Shown: piece by piece, positions 48,552-57,060 of the stretch
How positions within the stretch are numbered: position 1 is the first letter of the stretch
Layout: every line of letters begins with the position of its first letter
Source: Armatimonadota bacterium
Lineage (GTDB): Bacteria; Armatimonadota; SYMT01
Length of the DNA: 64,000 nt
Assembly: GCA_046292385.1 (NCBI GenBank)
Contig: JBKBRF010000013.1
Span: forward strand, 32,001 to 96,000
Direction: 5' to 3'
Notes under the pieces: model-generated
What the model was told of the DNA's origin: nothing
Database searches by the model: none
The model's input: only the letters and a program-made list of their open reading frames with translations
Program-made: the position numbers and the translations under genes

Positions 48552-50291
48552 TTACTCCAGGGTGATGCGGTCCAGGTAGACCCGCGGCTCCTTCTGACCG
48601 GCGAAGAAGTGGATCCCGGTGAGCGTGCCGCCCGCGACGCCCGCGTCGGCGATCGGCACGGAGACCTCCACCCAGCCGTCCTTGGTCGGAATGCCGCCGT
48701 AGTTGCGCAGGTTCAGGCTCTGGCTCTTGCCGCCGGCCGTGGTGATGAACCGCACGCGGAGCTGCTGCCCGCCGAGCTTGCCGCCGTGCATCACCAGCTT
48801 CAGCACGCTCTTGCCGGCAAGGGAGACGCCGCCGCCGCTCAGCTCCAGCTTGCCGTCGACCCGCTTCACGGCCAGCCCGATCGAGCGGCTGCCCTCGTAG
48901 ACCGGTGACTGCGCCGAGAGCGTCCCCTTGGCGCCGCGCATCCGGGCGCTCCAGCCGTTCTGCAGGCTGTCGCGGTAGATCACGGTGGCGCTGCCCGGGT
49001 TCCCACCGGGGTTGCTCCCGCCGTTGTTACCGCCGCCGTCGTTGCCGCCGCCGCTATCGCCGCCGCCGCTGCCTCCCCCGCCCGGGACGCCGTCCGCCTC
49101 GAAGCAGCCGAGGTCCGGGTTCGGACCCTGCGGTCGCAGCAGGCCATTCAGGTCGCCGGTCAGGAGCAGTGTGCCGGCGTCCCGCGCCCGGGAGCTGGCG
49201 GAGAGCTTGTAGCCGGTGGTGAAGCCGGGATCGCCCTCGATCGAGTTCGCGTCGTTCCCGCTGGCGCGGCGCCAGCTGGCGAGGTTGGAGCTGTTCACCG
49301 CCCCGCGGGGGGAGGAGAAGCAGTTGAAGTTCGACTGGATCGGCTCGGCCGCTTCCATCGCCGGGCCGGAGCCGCAGGAGAGGATGTTGTTGAACAGCTT
49401 GTTGCCGGTGGCGCCCTCGGTGAACTGGATGCCGAACCGCCCCACCCCGCTCCGGAAGACGATGGTGTTGTGGTAGATCTGGTTGTTCTTGCAGCCGAAG
49501 CTCACCCCGCCGCCGCCGTGCCAGAGCGCCATGCCGCCCGCCAGATTCTCGCGCACCAGGTTGTTCGAGATCGTGGAGTTCTGGACGCCCATCATGTTGA
49601 TTGCGGCGCCGCCGACCTTCCCGTTCCCCCACAGCTCGTTCGCTTCGATCAGGCAGTTCTTGGAGACGCTGTCGAAGTCGGTGTTGCCCGGGTTGTAGCC
49701 GCCCTCTTCCACCGCGTTGATCTGCAGGCCCGCCTTCGTGTTGTTGTAGAGCTTGCAGCGCCGCACCGTGAGACGGTCGCCGGACTGGGAGAGGTAGATG
49801 CCGTGCTCGTCGCGGCTGCCGTAGGCGGAGCAGTCCTCGATCAGCACGTCGGAGGTGTTGCCGCTCAGCAGGCCGCTCCGGCCGTTGTTCTCCAGGACGC
49901 AGTTCCGCACCGTGAGGCCGCGGGAGAGCACCACGAAGATACCGAACCGGCGGGCGTTGCGGATCTTCACGCCCTCGATCTTGATCCCGGAGCTCTGGTA
50001 GACGCTGATGCAGTCGTCGCGGGAGCCGTTGCTTCCGTCGATCACCGCGCCCGGCTCACCCTTGATGGTGATGTTGCGCTCCTCGATGTAGGCTCCGCCG
50101 TCGTAGACGCCGGCCTTCAGGAGGATCGTATCGCCGTCTCGGAGCGCCTTCTCGGCGCGCAGGAAGGTGCGAAAGGGGGCGGTGGTGCCGTTGTTGCTGT
50201 CGTTCCCGCTCGGGGAGACAGTGTAGGTGGCGGCAGCCGCAGGGCCGGCGACGAACAACGCCGCCACGGCCAGAGGCCATGTGTACTGCAT
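48552..50291 (-). CDS. Secreted right-handed parallel beta-helix protein with Gly-rich linker and CBM-like C-terminus
   Basis: Signal peptide, VSPSGNDSNNGT..PFRT, PbH repeats, EHGIYLS, PDLGCFE. Confidence 0.88.
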   Translation of the reverse strand: MQYTWPLAVAALFVAGPAAAATYTVSPSGNDSNNGTTAPFRTFLRAEKALRDGDTILLKAGVYDGGAYIEERNITIKGEPGAVIDGSNGSRDDCISVYQSSGIKIEGVKIRNARRFGIFVVLSRGLTVRNCVLENNGRSGLLSGNTSDVLIEDCSAYGSRDEHGIYLSQSGDRLTVRRCKLYNNTKAGLQINAVEEGGYNPGNTDFDSVSKNCLIEANELWGNGKVGGAAINMMGVQNSTISNNLVRENLAGGMALWHGGGGVSFGCKNNQIYHNTIVFRSGVGRFGIQFTEGATGNKLFNNILSCGSGPAMEAAEPIQSNFNCFSSPRGAVNSSNLASWRRASGNDANSIEGDPGFTTGYKLSASSRARDAGTLLLTGDLNGLLRPQGPNPDLGCFEADGVPGGGGSGGGDSGGGNDGGGNNGGSNPGGNPGSATVIYRDSLQNGWSARMRGAKGTLSAQSPVYEGSRSIGLAVKRVDGKLELSGGGVSLAGKSVLKLVMHGGKLGGQQLRVRFITTAGGKSQSLNLRNYGGIPTKDGWVEVSVPIADAGVAGGTLTGIHFFAGQKEPRVYLDRITLE

Positions 50292-50849
50292 AGATTACTC
50301 CGCTCGATCAACCCAGTGGATGGCCTGCCTCTTTGGGCGGGCCTTATTTGTTCGGAGCCTTCTTACCGACCGCTGGAGGACTGGCCCCTCGCTCGCTGGC
50401 GATGCGATCTAACAATGGCTCCGGCTTCGTTCGGGTATGCGCCTGGATTACCAGACAAGCTGATTATGGGCTCGCTACCAACCGAACTTGAGGATAGGAA
50501 GCGATCTTTTGTATTGGGGGGATTCAGCGGGAGGCTCAAGGGGCGACCGGGCAGGTGCCGGCAGAGCGATCCCTATGGGTCCTGGCGAGGCGGGGGTGGA
50601 GGGGCGAGGGGCACACCGGACGAAGCCAGTGTTCTTCCACGGGGGTTATCGGAAGCGGCGCGGCGGAGGGAGAGGGTGAGATTCTTCGAAATCTCGCTCC
50701 GCTTTCGAAGGGGCGGGTGCGGGACTGCCTGACGGAAGGCGGCGGCGGGTGTCGCGCTCTAAAGTTACGCCGCTGGCGGCGCAGGCGAGATTGGCCGCCG
50801 TCCGGCGTTCGGGAAGGGCAGGAAAAGCTCGGCCGCGTTCGATTTCCCA

Positions 50850-51015
50850 CCCCAGTCACCCTGAATGAAATGAAGGGTCTACGTCGCCTACTTTGCGCCG
50901 GAGCGGGAGGCCTCGCGCGCGGAAGAGGACCGGCAGCGGAGTCCGCGTCACCCGCCTGCGTACTCCGGACCAGCGCGGCTGCCGAGATCCTTCACTCCGT
51001 TCAGGATGACTGGGG
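50850..51015. repeat. REP-like inverted pair (GTCAyCCTGAA...AGATCCTTC...TTCAGGATGAC type)
   Basis: Arms 50850-50880 and 50985-51015 are imperfect reverse complements about 100 nt apart. Confidence 0.8.
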
Positions 51016-51176
51016 TAGGGGCACGTGAGGGACCGCTCGTACTCACCGGCAGAACCTACGCTGCGCCGCGGGTGCACTGACCTTACAGCGGGTGACACAC
51101 GCCCCGCCACTCCCGAGACGCAGCCGCGCCGGGTCCCGACCGGCGATCGGGAAGGTCCGCTCTCCGGGATGCGGAC

Positions 51177-52913
51177 TCAGTACCCGACGGACGCCGAGTC
51201 GGGGTTGCGCGGATCGGAGGCGCCGAAGCGGAGCCCCGTTTCGGGGTCGACCAGCACGCCCTCGGCATCCCCCATGTAGGCCGGCCGCTCGGCCAGCTCG
51301 TGCCCCCGCGCGCGCAGCGCCTCTTGCACGTCGCGGGAGAGACCGTACGGCTCGTGACGCACCACGTCCGGCAGCCACTGGTGGTGGATGCGGGGAGCGG
51401 CGATCGCCTGCTGCAGGTTCATGTCGTGGTCGATCACGTTCAGCGTCACCTGCAGAACGGTGTTGATAATGGTGGGACCGCCGGGGCTGCCCACCACCAT
51501 GAAGAGCTTGCCGTCCTTCAGCAGGATCGTCGGCGTCATGGAGGAGAGCGGGCGCTTGCGGGGGGCAATGGCGTTGCGCTCGCCCTGGATCAGGCCGAAG
51601 AGGTTGGGGGAGCCCGGCTTCGACGTGAAGTCGTCCATCTCGTTGTTGAGCAGGAACCCGGCCCCTTTCACCGTGACGCCGCTGCCGTAGGCGGCGTTGA
51701 GGGTGTAGGTGACGGACACGGCGTTTCCGGCGCGGTCGACGACGCTGTAGTGCGTCGTCTGCGGCGACTCGTACGGGGCGGGATTGCCGGGTTTCACCTG
51801 CGCGCTGGGGGTGGCGCGCCGGCGGTCGATCTGCTGGAACAGCCTCTCCGCGTAGCCGGGAGAGGTGAGGCCGCGGACCGGCACTCGGACGAAGTCCGGA
51901 TCGCCCAGGTACTCGGAGCGGTCCGCAAAGGCGCGGCGCATCGTCTCGATCAGCAGGTGGTACCGCTCGGACGACGAGTGACCGAGCGACCGGAGCTCGA
52001 ACCGCTCCAGCACGTTCAGCATCTGCAGCAGCGCCACGCCGCCGGAGCTGGGCGGGGGCATCGTCAGGATCTCGTAGCCCCGGTAGCGCCCGCGCAGCGG
52101 CTCGCGTATCACCGGCCGGTACGCCTTCAGGTCTTCGGGCGTGATCAGTCCGCCGTGCGCCCGCATTTCGTCCGCCAGCAGGCGCGCCGTCCGGCCGGTG
52201 TAGAGCTCCTCCGGCCCTTCCTTCTGCAGGCGGCGGAGCGTGGCGGCGAGGTCCGGCTGCCGGAGCCGCTCGCCCGGCTCGTAGTAGTCGCCGTCCCGCT
52301 GGAAGATCCGGCGCGTCTCCGGGAAACGGGAGAGCAGCCGGGTCCGGCGCAGGTCGCCGGCCAGCTCGTAACTCACCGGAAAGCCCTCGGCGGCCAGCTT
52401 CCGGGCCGGCTCCACCATGTCGCTCCACCGGCGGGTACCGTACCGCTCCAGCGCCAGGGCGAGGCCGGCTACGGTGCCGGGGACGCCCACCGCCCGATAG
52501 CCGACCGTCGACGCCTCCGGGATCACGTCGCCTTTCGGATCGAGGTACATCTCGCGGCTTGCCGCCGCCGGCGCCGTCTCGCGGAAATCGACGACCGAAG
52601 CGGTGCCGTCCGCCATCCGGAGCACCATGAAGCCGCCGCCGCCGAGGTTGCCCGCGGCCGGATAGGTCACCGCCAGCGCCAGGCCCACCGCTACCGCCGC
52701 GTCGACCGCGTTCCCGCCCTTCCGGAGCACCTCCGCGCCGACCCGGCTAGCGTGCGCGCTGGCAGAGGCGACCATCCCATGCCGGGCCGCCACCGGGTAG
52801 CCGACCTGTCCCCACGAGGGACGAGGCCGCGCCGGAGGAAGCTGCACCAGCGCGCCCGCGGCGAGTGCCAGGGCGGCGATCAACGGAAGGAGGCGGAGAC
52901 GAGCGGCAGGCAT
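51177..52913 (-). CDS. ggt: Gamma-glutamyltransferase
   Basis: GGNAVDAA, GNLGGGGF, DFRETAP, nucleophile TTHYS, LNNEMDDF, RPLSSMTP, GSPGG. Confidence 0.97.
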   Translation of the reverse strand: MPAARLRLLPLIAALALAAGALVQLPPARPRPSWGQVGYPVAARHGMVASASAHASRVGAEVLRKGGNAVDAAVAVGLALAVTYPAAGNLGGGGFMVLRMADGTASVVDFRETAPAAASREMYLDPKGDVIPEASTVGYRAVGVPGTVAGLALALERYGTRRWSDMVEPARKLAAEGFPVSYELAGDLRRTRLLSRFPETRRIFQRDGDYYEPGERLRQPDLAATLRRLQKEGPEELYTGRTARLLADEMRAHGGLITPEDLKAYRPVIREPLRGRYRGYEILTMPPPSSGGVALLQMLNVLERFELRSLGHSSSERYHLLIETMRRAFADRSEYLGDPDFVRVPVRGLTSPGYAERLFQQIDRRRATPSAQVKPGNPAPYESPQTTHYSVVDRAGNAVSVTYTLNAAYGSGVTVKGAGFLLNNEMDDFTSKPGSPNLFGLIQGERNAIAPRKRPLSSMTPTILLKDGKLFMVVGSPGGPTIINTVLQVTLNVIDHDMNLQQAIAAPRIHHQWLPDVVRHEPYGLSRDVQEALRARGHELAERPAYMGDAEGVLVDPETGLRFGASDPRNPDSASVGY

Positions 52914-52980
52914 GGAGAGCGGCTCCTCGGGCCGGCAGCAGTACCGGAGCTACCTTGAGAATACCGCAGCGTAGGGATGC

Positions 52981-53490
52981 CTACTGGACGGAGACCACTT
53001 CGCGCACCTTCTCCCGCAGCGCCCGCATGTGGTCTTCGCTGTAGCCTTCGAAGTTAGCGGCCTCCCCGTCGCGCGTGAGAAGGATCGTCCGGGGAATCGC
53101 CGAGACGCCGTACTGGTCCGAGACCGCTCCCCCGTCCGGCAAGATGGTGACCGGCGTGTCCGTCAGGTACTCCGCCGAGCGGAGGAGGTCGGCGCTCTCG
53201 TCGGAGATCAGCACCACGCTGAGCCCGCGCTCCCCGTATTCCTGCTGCAGCCGGACGAGGTGAGGAAACTCCTCACGGCAGCCCGGTCACGTGGTACTGA
53301 AGAAGCTGAGCAGCACCGGCCCGCGCTCCAGCCGCTCCGAGAGGCGAAATTGCGCACCCTGGAGGGTGGTGGCGGTGAAGTCCGGACCCGGCGCCCGGGA
53401 GTCGCCGAGCCGGCGAGCTCCCTCATAGAAGAAGAGGCCGCCCAGCAGCAGCGCAACCACCGCGATGACGACTTTTGCCCCCGTGCTCAC
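52981..53490 (-). CDS. Membrane-anchored TlpA/ResA-like redoxin, probable selenoprotein (U at TGA 53287-53289)
   Basis: GGAAGGAG RBS + GTG; reading through TGA gives LLSFFSTT-U-PGCREEFPHL...YGVSAIPRTILL; both halves in frame. Confidence 0.85.
53253..53286 (-). promoter_or_regulatory. Bacterial SECIS-like hairpin
   Basis: UGA-ccgggc-ugcc-gugagga-guu-uccucac-cuc-guccgg; upper stem starts 11 nt after UGA, G in the loop. Confidence 0.7.
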
Positions 53491-53530
53491 CGGAACACTC
53501 CTTCCGCCCACTCCTCTTCCCAGTCTACCA

Positions 53531-53572
53531 GAAAGCAAGAGAGGCGCTCCGGTGGTTACCGGAGCGCCTCTC
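53531..53572 (-). terminator. Intrinsic terminator after the KGG gene
   Basis: 15-bp perfect stem 53539-53553/53558-53572 followed by ttgctttc on the minus strand. Confidence 0.75.
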
Positions 53573-53596
53573 GATCTGAAGCGGGCCTGCGGCCGG

Positions 53597-53851
53597 TTAA
53601 CCGGTCGCCCGGCGCTTCTTAACGCCCTTGTTGCGGGCGGCGATTTCCGAATAGAAGCGCAGGCCGTACTTCCGGATGACTGCTTGCGAGCCGCGGCGAC
53701 CGATCTTCGCCATGTGCTCGGAACCATACTTGTCCACCACCGCGCGGCCGCCGGTTGCGGCCTGCTCGGGCAGGTGGGCATAGCGGTCCGTTTCTCCGGA
53801 TTCGTTCAGTTGCTGCGCGTGCGTATCGTCTCGCTCCTCGACTTCCTTCAA
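53597..53851 (-). CDS. Small KGG-motif-like (GsiB/Em-type) general stress protein
   Basis: GGRAVVDKYGSEHMAKIGRRG, KYGLRFYSEI; GAGGAGG RBS, TTG start. Confidence 0.75.
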   Translation of the reverse strand: MKEVEERDDTHAQQLNESGETDRYAHLPEQAATGGRAVVDKYGSEHMAKIGRRGSQAVIRKYGLRFYSEIAARNKGVKKRRATG

Positions 53852-53928
53852 TCCATCCTCCTCATACTGGCCTTAGCCACCTTACTATAACGGTGGGCGG
53901 GCCAGAGGCGGATCGCCTTAGGGAGTTC

Positions 53929-55053
53929 TTAAGGCTGAGAGATTCCTGAGCCGCGGCGCAACACTTCCTCGTAGACGCGCACCGTCTCCCGGGCGGTCCG
54001 CCGCCAGTCGAACTCCCCGGCTCGCCGCAGCCCGGCGGCGCTGAGCCGCGCCCGCAGCGGTTCCTGCTCCAGCAGCCGGCGCATGCCGTCGGCAATCGCG
54101 TTCGTGTCGCGAGGATCGACCGTGATCGCCGCCTCCCCCACCACTTCCGGGAGCGACGAAGTATTGCTGGTGAGCACCGGCGTTCCGCACGCCATCGCCT
54201 CCAGCGGCGGCAGGCCGAACCCCTCGTAGAGGCTGGGATACGCGAAGAGGTCGGCGCCGCGGTAGAGATCGGGGAGGTCGGCGTCCGCCACGTAGCCGGC
54301 AAAGATCGGATCCTTCCCCGGAGGCGCCTCGTCCACCGCCTCCCGCAGCTCGTCCGGCGCCCAGCCTTCCTTCCCGGCCAGCACCAGCCGGTGCGGGATG
54401 TGCCGGGCGATCCGGTTGTAGGCGCGCACCAGCCGGGGGAGGTTCTTGCGGGGCTGGAGCACCCCCACCGCCAGGATGTACGGCACCGGGATGCGCAGCC
54501 GCCGCCGCACCGCCGCGCGGGCCGCCTCCCGGTCGCCCGGCGAGTAAACCGGATCGACTCCGTACGGCGTCACGAAGACCTGCTCCGGCGGGAGGTCGTA
54601 GAGCTCCAGGAGGTCGCGCCGGGTCGCCTCGCTTCCGGTAATCACCGCCGCCGCGTGGCGGGCCGAGCGGGGGATTAGGGCGTTCAGCAGCAGGCGGTGC
54701 TTGAGTGGGAACAGCTCCGGAAAGCGCCGGAACGCGATGTCGTGGATCGTGGTGACCACGGGGCAGTGCGTCACCGGCGGCACCAGGTACTGCACGTGCG
54801 CCAGACTCACTCGCCGGCGCCAGAGGTCGCGGGGAAAGACGAAGGGAGTCCAGGTCCACCGCGGCACCGCCGGGAGCACCACCGGACGGAAGTTCGGCTG
54901 CTCCAGCTTCGTGAGGGTGGTCGGCTCCCAGGTGTAGAGCAGGTACTCGTGCTCCGTATCGACTTCCGCCAGCGCGCGGGAGAGGTTGAGCGCGTAGGTG
55001 CGGTCCCCCGTTTTGGGAGAGGTGACGGTGCGGCAGTCGAGGGCGACGAGCAT
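53929..55053 (-). CDS. GT4 family glycosyltransferase
   Basis: [30 protein letters not shown]. Confidence 0.95.
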   Translation of the reverse strand: MLVALDCRTVTSPKTGDRTYALNLSRALAEVDTEHEYLLYTWEPTTLTKLEQPNFRPVVLPAVPRWTWTPFVFPRDLWRRRVSLAHVQYLVPPVTHCPVVTTIHDIAFRRFPELFPLKHRLLLNALIPRSARHAAAVITGSEATRRDLLELYDLPPEQVFVTPYGVDPVYSPGDREAARAAVRRRLRIPVPYILAVGVLQPRKNLPRLVRAYNRIARHIPHRLVLAGKEGWAPDELREAVDEAPPGKDPIFAGYVADADLPDLYRGADLFAYPSLYEGFGLPPLEAMACGTPVLTSNTSSLPEVVGEAAITVDPRDTNAIADGMRRLLEQEPLRARLSAAGLRRAGEFDWRRTARETVRVYEEVLRRGSGISQP

Positions 55054-55138
55054 GGCTCTTTAGCTGTATCGCGTCCGAGCAAGCTGGAAGAAGAAAGAGC
55101 GTAGAAGAAAGACCTGCCGCCGGTGGGCCGACCGCCGT

Positions 55139-56218
55139 TTACTTCGAGCCGAGCTCCGCGTAAAAGTCGGCGGTCTCTGCCGCCAGGGCGGCGTAGCTGT
55201 TCCGCTCGGCGTAGTCCGCCGCGGCGCGCTCCAGCGCCGCGCGGGCGGTGGGAGAAGCAAGCTCCCGCACCGCCTCTGCCAGCGCGGCCGGGTCGCCGCT
55301 CGGGAAGAGGCGGACGCAGGGCAGTCGGCGGTTCTCCGGCAGGTCGGAGGCGACAACCGCTTTCCGGCGCGCGAGTGCGTAGGACAGCGAGGCGGAGCCG
55401 CTCATCTCCCGGAACGGTGCCAGGATCACCTCCGCCAGGGCGGTCGCATGCTCCAGCTCCTCCGCACCCAGGTAGCCGGAGACGACGAACCGGTCCCCCA
55501 TCCCCAGGCGCTGCGCTTCCTCGCGCAGCACCGCCTCCGTGCCGGAGCGATCCGCCACGTGCTCCCCGCCCGCCGCCAGGAGCACGTAGTCCGGCGGGAG
55601 CTGCCGCAGCGCCTCGAGCGCCACGTCGTACCCCTTCCGGCGCGCCAGGAAGCCGAGAATCGCCAGCACCCGCTTCCCCTCCAGGCCGAACCGCCGCCGC
55701 AGCGGGCTTGGATCGACCGGAGCCTCCGGCGCGGTCGGCACCGGCATCGGGCGGTATCGCACCCGACCTTCCGGCGCGCCGAGCTCCAGCAGCGCGTCCC
55801 GGAGCGCGGCGGAATGGACCATCCAGCCGGAGACCGCCGGGTGGAGGAAGGTGGCGCGGTTGAACCTCCGCTTGTAGGCCACCTCCAGCGGCGGCGGAAG
55901 CCGGTAGGCGCCGGTCGGCTGAACATCCAACTCGTGCACCGTCAGGAGCAGCGGCACCCGCACTTCCGCCGCCAGCGCGCCCCATCCGGAGCGCAGCGGG
56001 TGCATCCCCCCGAAGAAGGCGTAGGAGTGCTGCACGTGGGCCACGTCTCCCCCGTTCAGCGCCCGCCCCATGGAGGCGTAGACCACCCGCGAGCTGCGGC
56101 GGAAGGTCGCCGGCACCACCTCCACCCCCACCCGCTCCCGCAGCGCCGGCACCAGGCCGCGGCTGTACTCCGCGATCCCGCAGCGCTCGTCCCAGGAAGT
56201 AAGGAAAGTGACCTGCAT
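55139..56218 (-). CDS. GT4 family glycosyltransferase
   Basis: CGIAEY, HVQH, TVHE, GFLARRKG, SGSASL...VVASD. Confidence 0.88.
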   Translation of the reverse strand: MQVTFLTSWDERCGIAEYSRGLVPALRERVGVEVVPATFRRSSRVVYASMGRALNGGDVAHVQHSYAFFGGMHPLRSGWGALAAEVRVPLLLTVHELDVQPTGAYRLPPPLEVAYKRRFNRATFLHPAVSGWMVHSAALRDALLELGAPEGRVRYRPMPVPTAPEAPVDPSPLRRRFGLEGKRVLAILGFLARRKGYDVALEALRQLPPDYVLLAAGGEHVADRSGTEAVLREEAQRLGMGDRFVVSGYLGAEELEHATALAEVILAPFREMSGSASLSYALARRKAVVASDLPENRRLPCVRLFPSGDPAALAEAVRELASPTARAALERAAADYAERNSYAALAAETADFYAELGSK

Positions 56219-56344
56219 TCTTAGGGCCTAGGGTTCAGGGTATAGGGTTTAGATTGGCGCATAGGACAGGCCTCCGTCCCCGTCGAAGAGGCGTGTCATC
56301 GGGATCCCCACACCCTCTACCCTATCCCCTAGACCCTAAGAATG
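56216..56344. repeat. Heptamer/G4 inverted repeat spanning the whole divergent intergenic region, including both start codons
   Basis: cattcttagggcctaggg (56216-56233) vs ccctagaccctaagaatg (56327-56344), 17/18 complementary. Confidence 0.85.
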
Positions 56345-57043
56345 AACGTTCTCGCCATCGGCGCGCATCCGGACGACCTGGAGATTCTCTGTGCGGGCAC
56401 CCTCGCGCGCTGCGCGGAGCGGGAGGACCGCGTGACGATGCTGATCGTGACCGACGGCAGCGCGGGCCATGCGGAGATCCCGCCGGACCGCCTGGCGGGG
56501 ATCCGGGAGGCGGAGGCGCGGGCGGCGGCGGGGGTGATCGGCGCGGAGCTGGTCTGGCTCGGCCTGCGCGACGAGTTCGTCTTCAACGACGAGCCGACCC
56601 GTCTCCTGCTCCTGAACGCGATCCGCGGCGCCAGCCCGGAGCTGATCCTGACCCACGCGCCGGAAGACTACCATCCGGACCACCGCGCCGTCAGCCGCGC
56701 GGTGTTCGACGCCAGCTTCATCATGGGACTGCCGAACGTGCGGACCGAGAACCCGGCGCAGCCCGGCGTCCCCGCGCTCTACTACTTCGACACGCTCGCC
56801 GGCCTCGGCTTCACTCCCGCGGAGTACGTCGACGTCACTCCCGCCTGGGAGACCAAGTGCGAGATGCTGCGCCGGCACTCCAGCCAGGTCGACTGGCTGC
56901 AGTACCACGACCAGATCGACATCCTCGGCTTCATGGAGACGGTCGCGAAGTTCCGTGGGCTCCAGTGCGGCGTGCCCTTCGCGGAGGCGTTCCGCCCCGC
57001 CGACGCCTGGCCCCGCCGCCGTCCCGCGCGTCTCCTGCCCTGA
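56342..57043 (+). CDS. PIG-L/LmbE family deacetylase
   Basis: [34 protein letters not shown]. Confidence 0.95.
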   Translation: MNVLAIGAHPDDLEILCAGTLARCAEREDRVTMLIVTDGSAGHAEIPPDRLAGIREAEARAAAGVIGAELVWLGLRDEFVFNDEPTRLLLLNAIRGASPELILTHAPEDYHPDHRAVSRAVFDASFIMGLPNVRTENPAQPGVPALYYFDTLAGLGFTPAEYVDVTPAWETKCEMLRRHSSQVDWLQYHDQIDILGFMETVAKFRGLQCGVPFAEAFRPADAWPRRRPARLLP

Positions 57044-57060
57044 TCGGAACCGCTTACCTC

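Noticed and set aside
49000..49085. ggc/aac-rich repeat
   Set aside because: Ordinary Gly/Asn/Ser linker between the beta-helix and C-terminal domain.
50295..50490. Possible riboswitch in the AT-richer leader of the beta-helix gene
   Set aside because: Some stems (ggagcc/ggctcc, ggcccgccc/gggcgggcc-like) but no recognisable aptamer consensus or terminator.
52981..53490. Pseudogene call for the split redoxin
   Set aside because: The single stop falls exactly on the catalytic Cys position with a SECIS-like hairpin and no other lesions; selenocysteine is the simpler explanation.
56221..56252. Eukaryotic telomere contamination (TTAGGG-like)
   Set aside because: Degenerate, only four units, embedded between intact bacterial genes and mirrored as an inverted repeat.
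53929..57043. Bacillithiol bshA/bshB1 operon
   Set aside because: The GT4s look like polysaccharide-type enzymes and lack BshA-specific motifs I can recognise; the BshC-like gene is 35 kb away.
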